Below the pieces are notes generated by a model. It was not told the origin of the DNA. It saw nothing but the letters and a program-made list of their open reading frames with translations, and did no database searches. From Pelagomonas calceolata (taxonomy: Eukaryota), in NCBI GenBank assembly GCA_918797485.1, contig CAKKNE010000002.1, forward strand, positions 1,612,001 to 1,676,000: a stretch of 64,000 nt of DNA. Direction: 5' to 3'. Shown here piece after piece: positions 30,230-41,753 of this stretch (position 1 is its first letter; every line of letters begins with the position of its first letter). Made by a program: the position numbers and the translations under genes.

Positions 30230-33200
30230 CTAACTACTCAACCTTAGCTCCCTCACGAGCTCCGCGAGCTTCGCCATCGCGGCGCGCTTCCGATGGCCCG
30301 CAAAACCGTTGGAGGTCGCGTCCGAGACGAGGGATAAGAGAGACGCCGTGTCCTTCGGCGTCAGCTCGACCGCCTCGTCAGTCGCCGCCGCGAGCGCCGC
30401 CAATTTCTCCTTCAGAGTACTCTGATCAGTACCGTCCCCGACCATGCGCGCCATCGACACCAAGCGCGCCCCGTTCAGCGTCAGCGCGCGACTTAGCCGC
30501 TGCCAGCAGCCCCACGTCCGGAAGTGCTTGTAGAACAAGGACAGGGCCGGCTCCTGCTCGAGCAAGTGACAAAAGTCCATCGCATCCAGCGCGTGCATCT
30601 GCGTCACCGCCGTCGCGTGGCAGGAATAATGCCTCAAAATCTTCTCACGCGCGCCGCACGCCTGTGTGCTCAAAATCAAAAAAGAAACGACCCCCGGCAT
30701 CGTGCGATGGCCACGAGTCTCATGGACACGACGGGACGCCGTATACATACCAGCATCGCGATGTCATCGCCGATGAACTCGTCGTCCTGCTTCACACTTA
30801 TCCCGAAAGTTTTTCTCGCGTCGTAGTTCAAACAACACACTTTCCCGTGCTCGATGACGTACATGACGTCGTTCAGACTCAGGTCCTTGTGGACGATGAC
30901 GTCGAAGGTCATGAACAGTCGCGTCGTGAATAAGGAAGCGACCTTCGAGAGAAATAGATCCCGCTGGAAGTGCAAGCGTTGTATTTCACCTCGTCTAAGA
31001 TGTAACAAGTCCGGAGGTAGAGGTGGGGGCTCGATGTGCGTATGCCTGACGTTCTTTTGGACCTCGCCTGCGCGGAGCATCGCGGTCTATGGACACGAGT
31101 CGCGTCGATGGCGTGAAGGGACGCCGCGAGCGCACCGTCGTCGAACTGCACATCATATCGCAACAGTGAAGGAGATCTAAGTACGAGAGCAGGTCTACCC
31201 ACACTCATTTCTTCATCGTCGCCCCGCTCCCACTCGCGGTCATGGACCAAGACGCGCTGGCCCTTGGGGTAGCCCCCCGTCCGCTGCACCGTGTGAGCAT
31301 AAAAAGGGATCTTCTCGACGACGTGGCCCATCTTCTTGCGAGCCACTACCGATATAAGTGTAGGTGATAGTTTCGTGAGCATCTCCTTGTTGAAGTGGTC
31401 CCGGAAACAAGGTTCCGACAGCATGATGTACTCCCGCAGCTTGAGTCGTAGGTCGTTGTCGAAGCCGCTCCGATGCATGTAGTCGTTCAAATTATCTAAA
31501 GTTTGTTTAAATTCATTCGCCACGGGGTCCAAATTACTCATGATGTTCGACAGGTCGCCGATGAGGAACGCCATCACGATGATGCCCCCGAGCATCACCT
31601 GCGTGGCGGTTTCGCGTGTTGCCGCGGTTTTCTGGCGAGATGACGCCATCGACGCGACTCGTCTCCGTCTCACAATGAAGTGGGTGCTTTGGTTTTCGAT
31701 TTTGGGCCGATTCGGGCGAAGGCGACGGGACGCCGCGACGCGACCAGCAGACCTAGCACGCCCTCGCCGTGCGTTCTTGTACTAGCCTCACCGTTAATAG
31801 CGACGAGCGCCCAGACCGCCGCCTCCACGTACTGCGCCCAGATGCCGTCCCGGTAGTTACTCGTCGAAGTTAATATGGTCTGGGGGCAATCATCCCATGA
31901 GCACTCTGCTAGTGTATACTCCGTCACCAATTTCAAAGCGCAGGCCGTCCAGTGGACGATGACGATGAGCACGACGCAGTATTTGATCACGGTCTGTAAT
32001 TTGGTGGACATGTCGACGTGCTTGGCGATGTTGTTGACGAGCTCCTGCGACCGGAGGACCTGCGTGGCGCTTCGTCGATTTCGGAGGCGCGCTCGCGAGA
32101 CACTCACCTTGGCGAGCTTCATCAGCCGGAAGACTCGCAGTAGTCTTATCGCAGAAGCTTGTTTGGATTTGATCATGTACTCGACGGGCAGCATCGACAC
32201 AACGTCCAACGCCATCCAGCCGCGCGCGTAGTGGAGTGCTATCTGGTCGAAGCGCAACAGCCACTTGTTGAGCTGTGGATCGTAGACGGCCGTTAAGAAA
32301 TTGAAGATAATATCGACAATGAATAACAAATTAACAGTCCAATTTGTTATAAACAATCCGGTATATTTATTGGGAAACGGCGTGTAGTTCTTGCTCCAGC
32401 CCACCGCAGACACAAAGGCCAGCTCGAAGGGCGTCACGATCATCACGAAGCCTGCGTGGAAGTGACGCTATCTCGGCACCGCGGTCCTCGGAGAGGCCCA
32501 AACCCGGACACGACGTTCCTCAGACCACGAGAGACCACGAATTGAAGGGCGCTTGAACTTTGCTTGCCACACGGGACCACACAGATCATGAGCATCATCA
32601 AAATGTCCCATTTCAATCGCCATTTTTGTAGAGGGTCCATGACCAGCCAGTGGGCCCGATGCCTCGGGAACTTGTTCGACCGCATGTCATCGAGCAGCTC
32701 CTTCTCGATGTCGTCGTCCTGCTTCTCGAAGAGGCCTATGAGGTCCGTGAAGGTCGTTCGTGAGCGGGCGCGTTTCATTTTCCGCAGCCGTTGGCGTTTT
32801 TCTTTCGCGAGGGTCGAAGAGGTGGAGTCCGACGACGACGTGCGCTTGATCTTTGCCGGTGTCTTGTGCCACGAACTTCGCGTCGGTGCGGCTTGTTGCG
32901 CCGTCATCGTCAATAATTGGCCGCCCGTCGGCGTTTGGTCAACTGGCTTCTTTTTGAGGAGCTTGGCCGGGTTGAGGAGGGAGACGGCGTGCTTGGCCTT
33001 GCGCCAGCGGCGCTTCGCTGCGGGTGTGGGAGGCGCCTGGACGTCGTCGGGGCTCCCCTCGACCTCGGGCGCGTCGTCGCTCGGCGTCGCGACCGGCGAA
33101 GGCGCATCGTTCAGGGCCGCGTCGGTCTGCCTTCGCAACGACACGACGTGCTTGACGTCGCCGTCCTTCGTTTCGCTGGGACTGCCCTTGTCTTCGAAGG

Positions 33201-33237
33201 ACTCGCCGCGCGGCCGGTCGCCCGGCGCCGCACTCAT
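30230..33237 (-). CDS. Cyclic-nucleotide-binding 6TM cation channel (EAG/HCN/CNG-like), about 5 introns
   Basis: WDILMM...VTPFELAF, DIIFNF.TA, IALHYARGWMALDVVS.LP, S4 IRLLRVFRLMKL, C-linker LNDYM...LRLKLREY, CNBD MYVIEHGKV. Confidence 0.85.
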
Positions 33238-33403
33238 CAGTGGTGCTGTCTGGGTTCGAAAAATGGGCAGCCGCAGCCCAATGGCGCTACCACTGGTGCG
33301 ACCAGCGCGACCAGCACCGAGGCAGCCGCAGCCGTTCGATGCCTTCGCGCTCCGGCCTCGCGTGAAATATGACAGCACAAATCGCGAGTGCTTCCCGGCT
33401 CGG

Positions 33404-33425
33404 GCTAGTGTCTCACGGACGCTAG
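33404..33425 (-). promoter_or_regulatory. Promoter-proximal CTAG motif (copy 6)
   Basis: Reverse complement ctagcgtccgtgagacactagc upstream of the channel gene. Confidence 0.55.
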
Positions 33426-33662
33426 AGCTCGCCGTGCCTATCGCCAACGGAGGTCCCCGAGGGCCTCCCGGCGAGGAACCGGGACAGGTATGTCGCCGAG
33501 ACGCCCAGAAAATGACGAAAGGGGCCGTCGCGGCGGACGTCGACGCGCGGTGTGTCTCCTCCCCAGCAGGCGCTCCGCCCACTAGTCCTAGCACCGAACC
33601 AATACACGGACGTCGTCGGTGCCACGAGAAGAGTCCCCCAAGTTACGCGGGAGCACAGACGC

Positions 33663-36600
33663 CTAGCCCCGCAGCCGCGCCTCGACGGCGGCGTCGAGCG
33701 CGGCGTCGCCCGGCACTCCCACGACCTCGGGCTCCGGCTTGCCGTAGCAGTGGGCCGTCAGCTCGTTCCGCAGCCCGTCCAGCCACTTCACGTGGGAGTG
33801 CATGCGGCCCTGCGCGTGCTCACGATTCACCGCCCACTCCCGCAGCGGCGTCGCCATCGTCGGTTGTGGTACTACGGGAGGCGGTGGTGGTGCCCAATGA
33901 GTACCAGAAGGTGCCTGGGCCTGGGCCTGTTGATAATAATCGTCCGTCGGGCGCGGCGGCGGAGGCGGCGGCGGCGGCATGCAGTAGTAGAAGGCTTGCG
34001 GCGGCCGGTACGGGTCGTACATGCCGTAGTGCACCTCCGGCGCGCGTCGATAACGGCGTCTCCTCCGGTGGGGCGTCTCGCTCACCGAGGAACAGAATGT
34101 TTCGTCGTCGAGCAGGTCGAGCTCCGCCAGCGGCGACGCGCCGGCCTCGACGCGCCGCACCTTCTCGTTCCTATCCTCGATCCAGCTCTGCGCCTTGCGC
34201 AGTTGCCTCACCAGCTTGTTCAGGTCCGACGCCTCGCGATCGAGGTGCTGGCGCTCCCGCGTCGACCCGCGCGACTCCTTGAGGGCCGCCCGGGAGCGCC
34301 ACGCGTTCCGCTTCTCCTCGAGCTGTCGTTGGCGCTCCTTGAGCCAGGCGCGCTGCTTCTGTACCAATTCTTTGGCCTCCCTGAGCGCGCTCCGCTCGTC
34401 GTCGACGCGAGATCGGGGAGACTCCTGCTGTTGCCGTAACTTGGCCTCCGCATGTCGTAACGCGTCGACGGCGGCGTCGCGCTCCCGTCTCGCGGACCGC
34501 GCGGCGCGGTCGTCGTTACCGGGTGTCGTGGGCGCCTGAGTCCGCGCCCGGGCCAGCTCCGTCTCCAGGTGCAGCGCCCGCTTCGTGGCGGCGTCTCGCT
34601 CACTCTCGGCCTTCTCGGCTCTGAGTCGAAGCGACTCGACGAGCACGGCGTCGCCGCCGCCACCGTCAACCGACGCCCGCAAGGACGCGAGGTCGCGCTC
34701 CGCGGACACGCGCTTCGCCGCTTCGCCGTCGGCCCGCTGCGAGAGCTTGTCGAGCTTCTCCTGCTTCCACGTCTGCTCCTTTTCCAGTTCCGTGGCCCGG
34801 TCCTCGGCATCACTCAATTTGCGCGCCATGTCTCGCGCGTCGGCCTTGAGCTTGCGCACGGCCTCCTCGGACGCCGCCAGGCGCTCCTCGGCGTCGTGGC
34901 ACTGCTGTTGCATTTCGTTCTTCGACCGGTTGGCTTCATCAGTATTGCGCTTGGCGCGTTGCGCGTCGGCCTCGGCGGCCTGCGCTCTATTCAGCAACGC
35001 GCTGTCCTGGGCGCCCGACCGGTCGTCGAGCTGCCGCCGCAGGTCGTCGATCGTCGCCCGCGCGTCGTTCTCGGCGCGCTTCGAGCCCTCGGCCCGCTCC
35101 TCCAACGCTCTCAATCGCGCGTCACTTCTCGATTTGGCGTCCTCGAGGGCCTTGCGCTCATCCCTACGGTCCCTTTCTAGCAATTCAAGGCGCGCCTCGG
35201 CCTCGCGCGCGCGGCGGTCCGCCGTGTCGTCCGCTCTAGCTTTGCTCAGTTCCGAGCGCGTCTCCGTCACCTCGCTTCGAGCCTGGCTCGCGCGGGCCTC
35301 GGCTTCAGAAAGCGCCCTCTGCGACGCGTCGCGCGCCGACCGCGCCACGGATAACTCCTCCTGCAGCGTCTTGACCAAGGCCGTCTGCGCGGCCAGCGCC
35401 GTTTCCTTGGCGCCGCACAACTCCTTGGCCTTGTCGGCGTCCCGCTGCAGCGCGTCCCTCTCGGCCTTGAGTTCCTGCGACGCCGTCTCGGCGGCCTCGC
35501 GGCGCCGCGTCTGCTCGGCCGCGTGCTGGGCGATCTCCGCGGCGTCCTTTTTCACAGTCTCCAACTCCCGTTCCAGCGCCGCGGCCCGGGGCAGCGACTC
35601 CCTTAACTTATCAGTTTCGTCGTCGCCGCTCGGCTCGACCTTTTGAACGGCATCTAAAGCCGCCTGGAGGCTCTCGCTCTTGCGCCTCTCCGCCTTGAGT
35701 TCGAGGTTGCGCTCGTCCAGGCACGTCTCGACGGCCTTCGACGCCGCGAAGTCGCGCGCCAGGTCCGCCTCGAGCTTCTTCACGAGCTCGTCCGCCTTCG
35801 CGCAGCGCTCCTCGCAGGTCCGCTCGGCCTCGGCCGCGCGGGCCTCTGCTGCCTTACAACGGGCCTCGGCCGCCTCCTCCGCCTGCGCCGGGGTTGTTGT
35901 TGGCTCTCCGTCGCACGCCATCGCCGCGCCCCCAGTGAAAAAAGACGCCGCCGCACGTACCGCCTTGAGGCGCTCGTGCGCGTCTCCAGTATCCGACGAC
36001 GTGCGGAGCCGGTCGACCTCCCTCTTGAGCTCGTCTCTCTCCAGTTCCAGGGACTTCACGAGGGACGTCTGCACCGGCGATGCCGCCGTCGGTTTTGGTG
36101 AAGGCACGGCGAAGTCCTTCGAGTCGGCGACGGCCGCGAGCGCCCTATTTCGGGAGCGCGGCCGGTCGCCGTTGCTCGAACCGTTCTGCGACGGCGGCCT
36201 CTCATTATTCAATAAACCTTCGATCTTCGTCTCCGTTTGTTGGATCGTCGCGGAGACGTCCGAGTCGCTCGCGGAGACGGCCGCGGCGAGCTTGTTGCGC
36301 GCGCGCGACGGCGGCCTATCATCGTCGCCCGTGCGCGTCGGCTCCTTCTTGACCTCGCCCAGATGGTCTCCCGTCCTCTTCGGCTCCTTCTTGGCCATTG
36401 TAGGAGACGTCGCGCCGATCGGGGCCAGCTCGCTCTTCTTGTCGGTTCCTTTCAGCGCGCCGAGCGGGGCCTTCTCGAGGGCCTTCTTCCTCTTCGCCTT
36501 CTTGGGCTTCTTATCTAGTAATTTACGGACGTCGTCCTTCTCCTTCTGCTTCGCGGTAGACGAATTTTTGAGGTCGTTGGCCTTCTTCTTGCGTTGCTCC

Positions 36601-37049
36601 TGCGTGGGCAGTGCGAAGCGTCGACGTCCACCTCGACGCCATCGACGCGGCGCTTCTCTCCGTGTCTCTCTCCACGTCCTCACGCCATCGACGCGCAGCT
36701 TCTCTCGATGATGCGAAGGAGGACGCCGCGGCGGGACCTCGTAGAGCGTGCGATAGTACTCGTCGCAGGGGTGGTCCCAGGTAGATTCTCCAGAAGAAAA
36801 ATTAAAGTAGTAGATCTCGTCCGTGTCCGTCGTCTTGCACGGTTTCCAATGTTCTGGTAGAGGCGCTTTCAGCCCTTCGCGCGCGATCCACTGCAAATCT
36901 TTGTCTTGCTGCAGGTCCATGCCGAGCCACTTCGCATATTCATCAATCTCGTCCTGGCTGGGCACGTAGTTCGGGTCGATCTCCTCCTCGAGGATGATCG
37001 AGTCGCCGGGCGGACTGGGGCCCGTGGGGGACGGGGAGACTTCCGGCAT
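33663..37049 (-). CDS. CEP164: Centrosomal protein CEP164-like (WW domain and coiled coil); in-frame introns 36600-36737 and 35883-35960
   Basis: ILEEEIDPNY.P...EYAKWLGMD...WIAREGLKAPLPEHWKPC...YYFNF.SGESTWDHPCD. Confidence 0.88.
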   Translation of the reverse strand: MPEVSPSPTGPSPPGDSIILEEEIDPNYVPSQDEIDEYAKWLGMDLQQDKDLQWIAREGLKAPLPEHWKPCKTTDTDEIYYFNFSSGESTWDHPCDEYYRTLYEVPPRRPPSHHREKLRVDGVRTWRETRREAPRRWRRGGRRRFALPTQEQRKKKANDLKNSSTAKQKEKDDVRKLLDKKPKKAKRKKALEKAPLGALKGTDKKSELAPIGATSPTMAKKEPKRTGDHLGEVKKEPTRTGDDDRPPSRARNKLAAAVSASDSDVSATIQQTETKIEGLLNNERPPSQNGSSNGDRPRSRNRALAAVADSKDFAVPSPKPTAASPVQTSLVKSLELERDELKREVDRLRTSSDTGDAHERLKAVRAAASFFTGGAAMACDGEPTTTPAQAEEAAEARCKAAEARAAEAERTCEERCAKADELVKKLEADLARDFAASKAVETCLDERNLELKAERRKSESLQAALDAVQKVEPSGDDETDKLRESLPRAAALERELETVKKDAAEIAQHAAEQTRRREAAETASQELKAERDALQRDADKAKELCGAKETALAAQTALVKTLQEELSVARSARDASQRALSEAEARASQARSEVTETRSELSKARADDTADRRAREAEARLELLERDRRDERKALEDAKSRSDARLRALEERAEGSKRAENDARATIDDLRRQLDDRSGAQDSALLNRAQAAEADAQRAKRNTDEANRSKNEMQQQCHDAEERLAASEEAVRKLKADARDMARKLSDAEDRATELEKEQTWKQEKLDKLSQRADGEAAKRVSAERDLASLRASVDGGGGDAVLVESLRLRAEKAESERDAATKRALHLETELARARTQAPTTPGNDDRAARSARRERDAAVDALRHAEAKLRQQQESPRSRVDDERSALREAKELVQKQRAWLKERQRQLEEKRNAWRSRAALKESRGSTRERQHLDREASDLNKLVRQLRKAQSWIEDRNEKVRRVEAGASPLAELDLLDDETFCSSVSETPHRRRRRYRRAPEVHYGMYDPYRPPQAFYYCMPPPPPPPPRPTDDYYQQAQAQAPSGTHWAPPPPPVVPQPTMATPLREWAVNREHAQGRMHSHVKWLDGLRNELTAHCYGKPEPEVVGVPGDAALDAAVEARLRG

Positions 37050-37352
37050 CGTTGCGCGCTGCTGCCCCGGCCGCGCGGCTGCTTTGGGTGCTGGGGCCCG
37101 CGCTGCTGCGCCGCTGCGCTGCTGGCGCGCGTCTTTGGGGGCCAAACGATGGCTTTTGGCAAAGGACAGTTTGGTGCAAATCGCACTAGCGGCGCGGCGG
37201 TTAAAACTCGAGTCGTGGGGTCGGGGGAACCCTGGGGATGCTTCTGGACGGATTGTTGCGACAAATCCTGCTTACATTTCGTGCGGGTTCCTAGTGGGCA
37301 CCAGAGTTGCTTTTCAGCTCCAGCGGCCAATCCTGCCCTGTACGCCGTAATT

Positions 37353-37970
37353 ATGGATCGAAGGCGGATATCCCTCGGGTTCTGGGCTTTGGCCACCGTT
37401 CTCAGCTTTGCACCCGGCGCGCGGCGCCCCGCGTCGCCTAGACGAAGAGTTAGCGCAGCCCTGCGCGTATCCACCGGCGACGCGGCCCCCGGCGGCTCGG
37501 ACGCCATCTACGCCGGCCTCCGGGCCCGCTGCGAACAGCTCCAAGCCGCGGCGGCCCGGGAACTGACGGACCTCGCGGACCTGCGCCACGCGTGGGTCGT
37601 CCTTTTTAGGGGGGACGAGACGGGCGATGGGATCCACTCGCTGTCGAGCGAGGGCCGGGAAATAGTCTTAGCGTTTGAGGCCGGCGCGGAGGCGCAGCGC
37701 TTCGCCCTCGTCTTAAAGGCCCAGGGGTTCTACGAGCCGACGCCCCGCAAAATGGACGTCCGCGACCTCGAGGCTTTTTGTGCCTCTGATGAACGTATAT
37801 CATTATTACGCGTGCCCGAGGGCACGGCGCTGGTGCCGCCGGAAGATAGGGTGGATGACGTCGAGTTTTCGCCTCGCGGCGCGCCGTCGGCCGAGTCGAC
37901 AGAGGAGCTTGATGAAGCGTCGCGGTCCCTCGACGAGGCGCGCGCGCGCTTGGAATTGCTGTTCCAGTAG
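37353..37970 (+). CDS. DUF3110-like putative plastid-targeted protein
   Basis: Signal-like presequence; WVVLF...DGIHSL...VLAFE...AQRFALVLKAQGF. Confidence 0.65.
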   Translation: MDRRRISLGFWALATVLSFAPGARRPASPRRRVSAALRVSTGDAAPGGSDAIYAGLRARCEQLQAAAARELTDLADLRHAWVVLFRGDETGDGIHSLSSEGREIVLAFEAGAEAQRFALVLKAQGFYEPTPRKMDVRDLEAFCASDERISLLRVPEGTALVPPEDRVDDVEFSPRGAPSAESTEELDEASRSLDEARARLELLFQ

Positions 37971-38007
37971 TCCTTTCCTAAGCTGAGTTTGTTGTAGTCA
38001 CATGATC

Positions 38008-39564
38008 TTACGGGATGGCGGGCCGCAGCTCGAGGAAGCGGCCCAAACATTGGGCGGCGGCAACGGCATCATCGGGTGTCACTGCGGCCGCCTGCAAACA
38101 TTGGCCGTAGATACTTGGCTCGTTGCTCGCCACGAAGACGGCCCCGTCGGCCCGGACGATGAGCGACGACGCCGCGCCGTCAAGCAAACCACCGGCGGCG
38201 ACGTGCACGGCATTACCGACGTTGGGTACGAGACGCGCCCGCTGCCGCGCCTCTATATCGTCATCGGCACCATGACCGAGGGCCAAAAGGGCTGAGCGGT
38301 GAACGCCGCCCCACGTGTACACGCGGCCTTCGGCCGTGCGACAGATGGCGTGCGCGTGTCCGCAGGCCACGGAAACAACCTTCTCGTGGCGCCCTCCACG
38401 GCCCCAGAGCGCGTCGACCTCGTTTGACGAAAGATCGGACCGGTCAAAAATCTCGGCCGCCCACCGCGTGTCTTCGTCGCCGATGGGCACGCGCTGGAAG
38501 CGCTGCGCAACCGAAACAAAGAACGGCGGGCCGCCGAGGCCCATCGCGCCGGTGCGATTGGTACCGGCCGCGTGCACACCGCCGTCGGCGTCAACCGCAA
38601 GCGAGAAGGCGTTGCCGGCCGCGCAGTCGACGACGGTGACGCCGTCGAGCGAACAGGCCAATGGCACGAGCGGGTGGCTGCGTACTGGCATGGGCACAGC
38701 TCGCTTTTTTTGCCCGGGGTCGCCGAGCTGCCCAAATTTTCGGGCACCCCACGCATACAGGACTCCTCCGGCGACAGCGAGAGCGTGATTCACTCCCGCG
38801 GCGATGCACGTGACGCCGATGAGCTCCGCGCCGACGCCATCGCCGGGCTTCCAACGCCGCGCCGGGCCGTCCTCGAGGCCCACGCGACAGCGCTGCACGG
38901 AGGTTGTCCTTGCGGTGTAGTCGCCGGTCCCGAGCTGGCCGTGGTTGTTCGCCCCTAGACCGACAACCGCTCGGTCGTCGCCGACGATCCACAGCGAATA
39001 GTCGACCCCCGCCGCGCACCTCCACACGCGCGTCCTCAGCTCGGGAATCTGCCGCGGCGTCGAGCACGACCGAATGGGCGCTGGCGCGGTCCCAAGCTGG
39101 CCCTGCTCCCCGTTGCCGCAGCCGTATGCCACGCCGCCACCGATGACGAACACCGTAAAGTCCCTGCCGACTGACAGCTGCGCGACGCGCGGCGGCGTAG
39201 AGAATTCGCGGCCCCAGCGAACCGCCTCGACGTTGGAGGAATCGCCGACGCTCCAGACGCCGCGCTGGCCTTGGCCTCCGCGACCGCACGCAATCGCGCC
39301 GCGCGCGTCCGCCGCGACGACGTGGGCACCGCAGGCCGCGGCGACGCCCGCTATGTCTAAAAATGCCGCACTGTCGACAAGTGCGCCGCGGCACGGCGTC
39401 GTGCCGTCGTCAGCGTTCTTCGGCGCTTTGATACGCCGCGCCGCAGCGCGTGCAGCCCACGCGAGGCCGGTGCGACTCGTACGAAATACCCTGGCGAGAC
39501 CGGTGCCATCGATTAGGTTGGTGTCCACCAGCAGGTCAAACACCAGCTGGTGCTGCAGGAGCAT
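38008..39564 (-). CDS. RCC1-repeat protein
   Basis: Repeated GxNxxGQLG, VACGHAH and GRVYTWG blades. Confidence 0.88.
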   Translation of the reverse strand: MLLQHQLVFDLLVDTNLIDGTGLARVFRTSRTGLAWAARAAARRIKAPKNADDGTTPCRGALVDSAAFLDIAGVAAACGAHVVAADARGAIACGRGGQGQRGVWSVGDSSNVEAVRWGREFSTPPRVAQLSVGRDFTVFVIGGGVAYGCGNGEQGQLGTAPAPIRSCSTPRQIPELRTRVWRCAAGVDYSLWIVGDDRAVVGLGANNHGQLGTGDYTARTTSVQRCRVGLEDGPARRWKPGDGVGAELIGVTCIAAGVNHALAVAGGVLYAWGARKFGQLGDPGQKKRAVPMPVRSHPLVPLACSLDGVTVVDCAAGNAFSLAVDADGGVHAAGTNRTGAMGLGGPPFFVSVAQRFQRVPIGDEDTRWAAEIFDRSDLSSNEVDALWGRGGRHEKVVSVACGHAHAICRTAEGRVYTWGGVHRSALLALGHGADDDIEARQRARLVPNVGNAVHVAAGGLLDGAASSLIVRADGAVFVASNEPSIYGQCLQAAAVTPDDAVAAAQCLGRFLELRPAIP

Positions 39565-39696
39565 GTTTGAGCCGCACCGCTCGGACGAAGACTTCGCAGC
39601 GTCGCAGCGGTCAACCAGCGACCTCGTGCTCAACGGTAAGCGGCTGACAGGCTCCGCAAACCGGCGCCAGCGCAAAAAGTTAATGCGTCCCGCGGG

Positions 39697-39715
39697 CTAG
39701 GTGTAAGACACTAGC
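39697..39715 (+). promoter_or_regulatory. Promoter-proximal CTAG motif (copy 7)
   Basis: ctaggtgtaagacactagc upstream of RCC1. Confidence 0.55.
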
Positions 39716-39765
39716 AGGCAAAACGACCCGTGCGCCCCGAAACGACACATAAAACGAATCACAAG

Positions 39766-40635
39766 TTACCGCCGCCGATTATGCAGCGGGTCCACGAGCC
39801 ACGCCTCTCCACTAAGGGTCCCCGCGGCCAGGCAAAAGTCGACCGGCTCCTGAACGCCCGTGCAGCCGAAGCCCGCGCCGTGGGCCCAGTCATCTTTCGA
39901 ATCCCCCATGAGCCAGGAGCAGTAGTCCGCCGCGTTGAAGGGCCCGTCCGTTGCCGAGCCAAATTCTGACAACCAATTGGCCTCCGCGAGCGCCGTGATC
40001 GACTCCAGTTGGTCTTTGCTACCCGTATCTACGTAATCTTTTGGTTTACTAAAGATCCAGGTCGCGTCGCAGTTGAAGAAGTAGAGTTTATTGGAGACAA
40101 TGACCCAGGGCTGACCCATCGTCTTCTCTTCGTACGGATCTTTCTGCCCGACACAGATGGGCACGGACGAGTCGCCGGTCACGACCTTCGACGCGCCGTC
40201 GACGTAGGCCACCGACGCCGTGCAGTGGCCGCCCATGCGCGGGGCATAGCGCCAAGGATCGCTTACGAACAGGTCCCGGTTGTGACCGTTCCGGAACCAG
40301 AAGACGTACGTGCCGTAAGATGTGGAAAGAGAGGCGCTGTATTCGGAACTGCCGGGCACGCCACCCTGGCTCGGCCGGACCTCGCCCAGATGATACGCAA
40401 CGACGTCGTACCCAAATACCACGGGGCAGCTCGCGGCGCCCGCCGTCGCCGTCAGCGCGACGGCGCGCGTCGGGAGTTTCGCGTTCCGGGCGCCGTTCAC
40501 CGCAAAGAGCCCGAGAAGCGCTATGGCGCCCGCCGCGAGCTGCCGCCGCCGTCTCTTCGAGCTCAGGACCATCATGGTCGCCCGCGCGGCGTCGTCGGCG
40601 GCGACGCTGCCGTATATTGGTGCTGCTGCGGCCAT
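39766..40635 (-). CDS. Membrane-anchored YHS-domain-like protein
   Basis: GYDVVAY...G...Y.FWF....NRDLF.SDP.RYAP..GGHC...W.IV.NKLYF. Confidence 0.7.
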   Translation of the reverse strand: MAAAAPIYGSVAADDAARATMMVLSSKRRRRQLAAGAIALLGLFAVNGARNAKLPTRAVALTATAGAASCPVVFGYDVVAYHLGEVRPSQGGVPGSSEYSASLSTSYGTYVFWFRNGHNRDLFVSDPWRYAPRMGGHCTASVAYVDGASKVVTGDSSVPICVGQKDPYEEKTMGQPWVIVSNKLYFFNCDATWIFSKPKDYVDTGSKDQLESITALAEANWLSEFGSATDGPFNAADYCSWLMGDSKDDWAHGAGFGCTGVQEPVDFCLAAGTLSGEAWLVDPLHNRRR

Positions 40636-41054
40636 GTTTGTTTTTGGCTGCCCTTTTGCCTAGCCAGGCGCGCGGTGGTCGTAGGGCCCGGCTCGGAGCT
40701 TCTTCTCTTCGGATGGTACACCGGGGCTGCCTCCGGGCGTCGCTCGGGCTGCCGTCCCTCTATGATTAGCGGATTTGGACCACAGCAGCAGGAGATCGAA
40801 ACAGGAGTTGCACTTTTTAGGGGACGTGGCACTAGGATGGGGCGCATGTGGACGAGGGCGTCACGAGCAGGGTCAGCCCTTCGTCGGGCCGTGGCGACGG
40901 CGTCGTGTGGGTTGGGTGTCCTTGACTGGCGCGGACGCGCCGCCGCGGCCCGCGGACTGCGCTCCACACACCCCAGCACGCCGTCGAAGCGAACGATGTC
41001 GAAAAGCGAACGCCGCGAAAGAAGGATACTCCTATAGAACGTTACGCCGCACCT

Positions 41055-41753
41055 CTAGAGCAGCGACATCGACGTCATGCTCATCGACTGCACCTCGTCC
41101 GCGAAGAGGTCCTCCGTGATTTCCTCGATGATCGCGTCCATGGACAGCGTCTGGTTGACGACGGCAGTACAGATGATTTTCTGCACGCCAAACGCGACGT
41201 CGACCAATTTTAGGCCCTCCGACCACTTGAGCCCGTCCTTCACGACGGTCTTCTTGATCTTTGCATAGAGAGCTTTCAGGTCCTGGTCCGCCTCCCAGGG
41301 CTTGATCTCGAGGTTACACAACGACCGTTGGTTCGCCTCCTTCTTCGCGAGCTTGGCCATGGCCTTGGCCTTGGCCTCCTCGAGCTCCTTGGCGGCCTGG
41401 GCCTTCTCCTCCTCGGTCTGCTCCTCGTCGTCGCCCCAGAAGTCGTCGTCGTCCTCCTCCTCGGCGGCGGCCGCGGGCGCCGGTTTGGCGGGCGCGGCTT
41501 TTTTGGGCGCGGCGGCCTTCGCCGGCGCGGGCGTCGGTTTGGATCCGGCGCCGCCCGCCACCAACGCGAGGCACTTGCTGCCGCTCAGGGCCGCCGTGTG
41601 CACGTACCAGCGGTACGCGTGCGGGTGCGCTTTTTGGTCCGGCAGGCCGATCTTGCCAAACACTTCCACGTCCTTGGCGGAGAAGGCGTAGCCCTCGACG
41701 TAGGACCGCGTCTTCATGTAGTCATTTACTTCCGCTGCGGTGGAGAGACCCAT
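41055..41753 (-). CDS. EEF1B: Translation elongation factor 1-beta
   Basis: RSYVEGY, HAYRWY.H, acidic linker, EIKPWE, GLKWS..KLVDVAFGVQK. Confidence 0.92.
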   Translation of the reverse strand: MGLSTAAEVNDYMKTRSYVEGYAFSAKDVEVFGKIGLPDQKAHPHAYRWYVHTAALSGSKCLALVAGGAGSKPTPAPAKAAAPKKAAPAKPAPAAAAEEEDDDDFWGDDEEQTEEEKAQAAKELEEAKAKAMAKLAKKEANQRSLCNLEIKPWEADQDLKALYAKIKKTVVKDGLKWSEGLKLVDVAFGVQKIICTAVVNQTLSMDAIIEEITEDLFADEVQSMSMTSMSLL

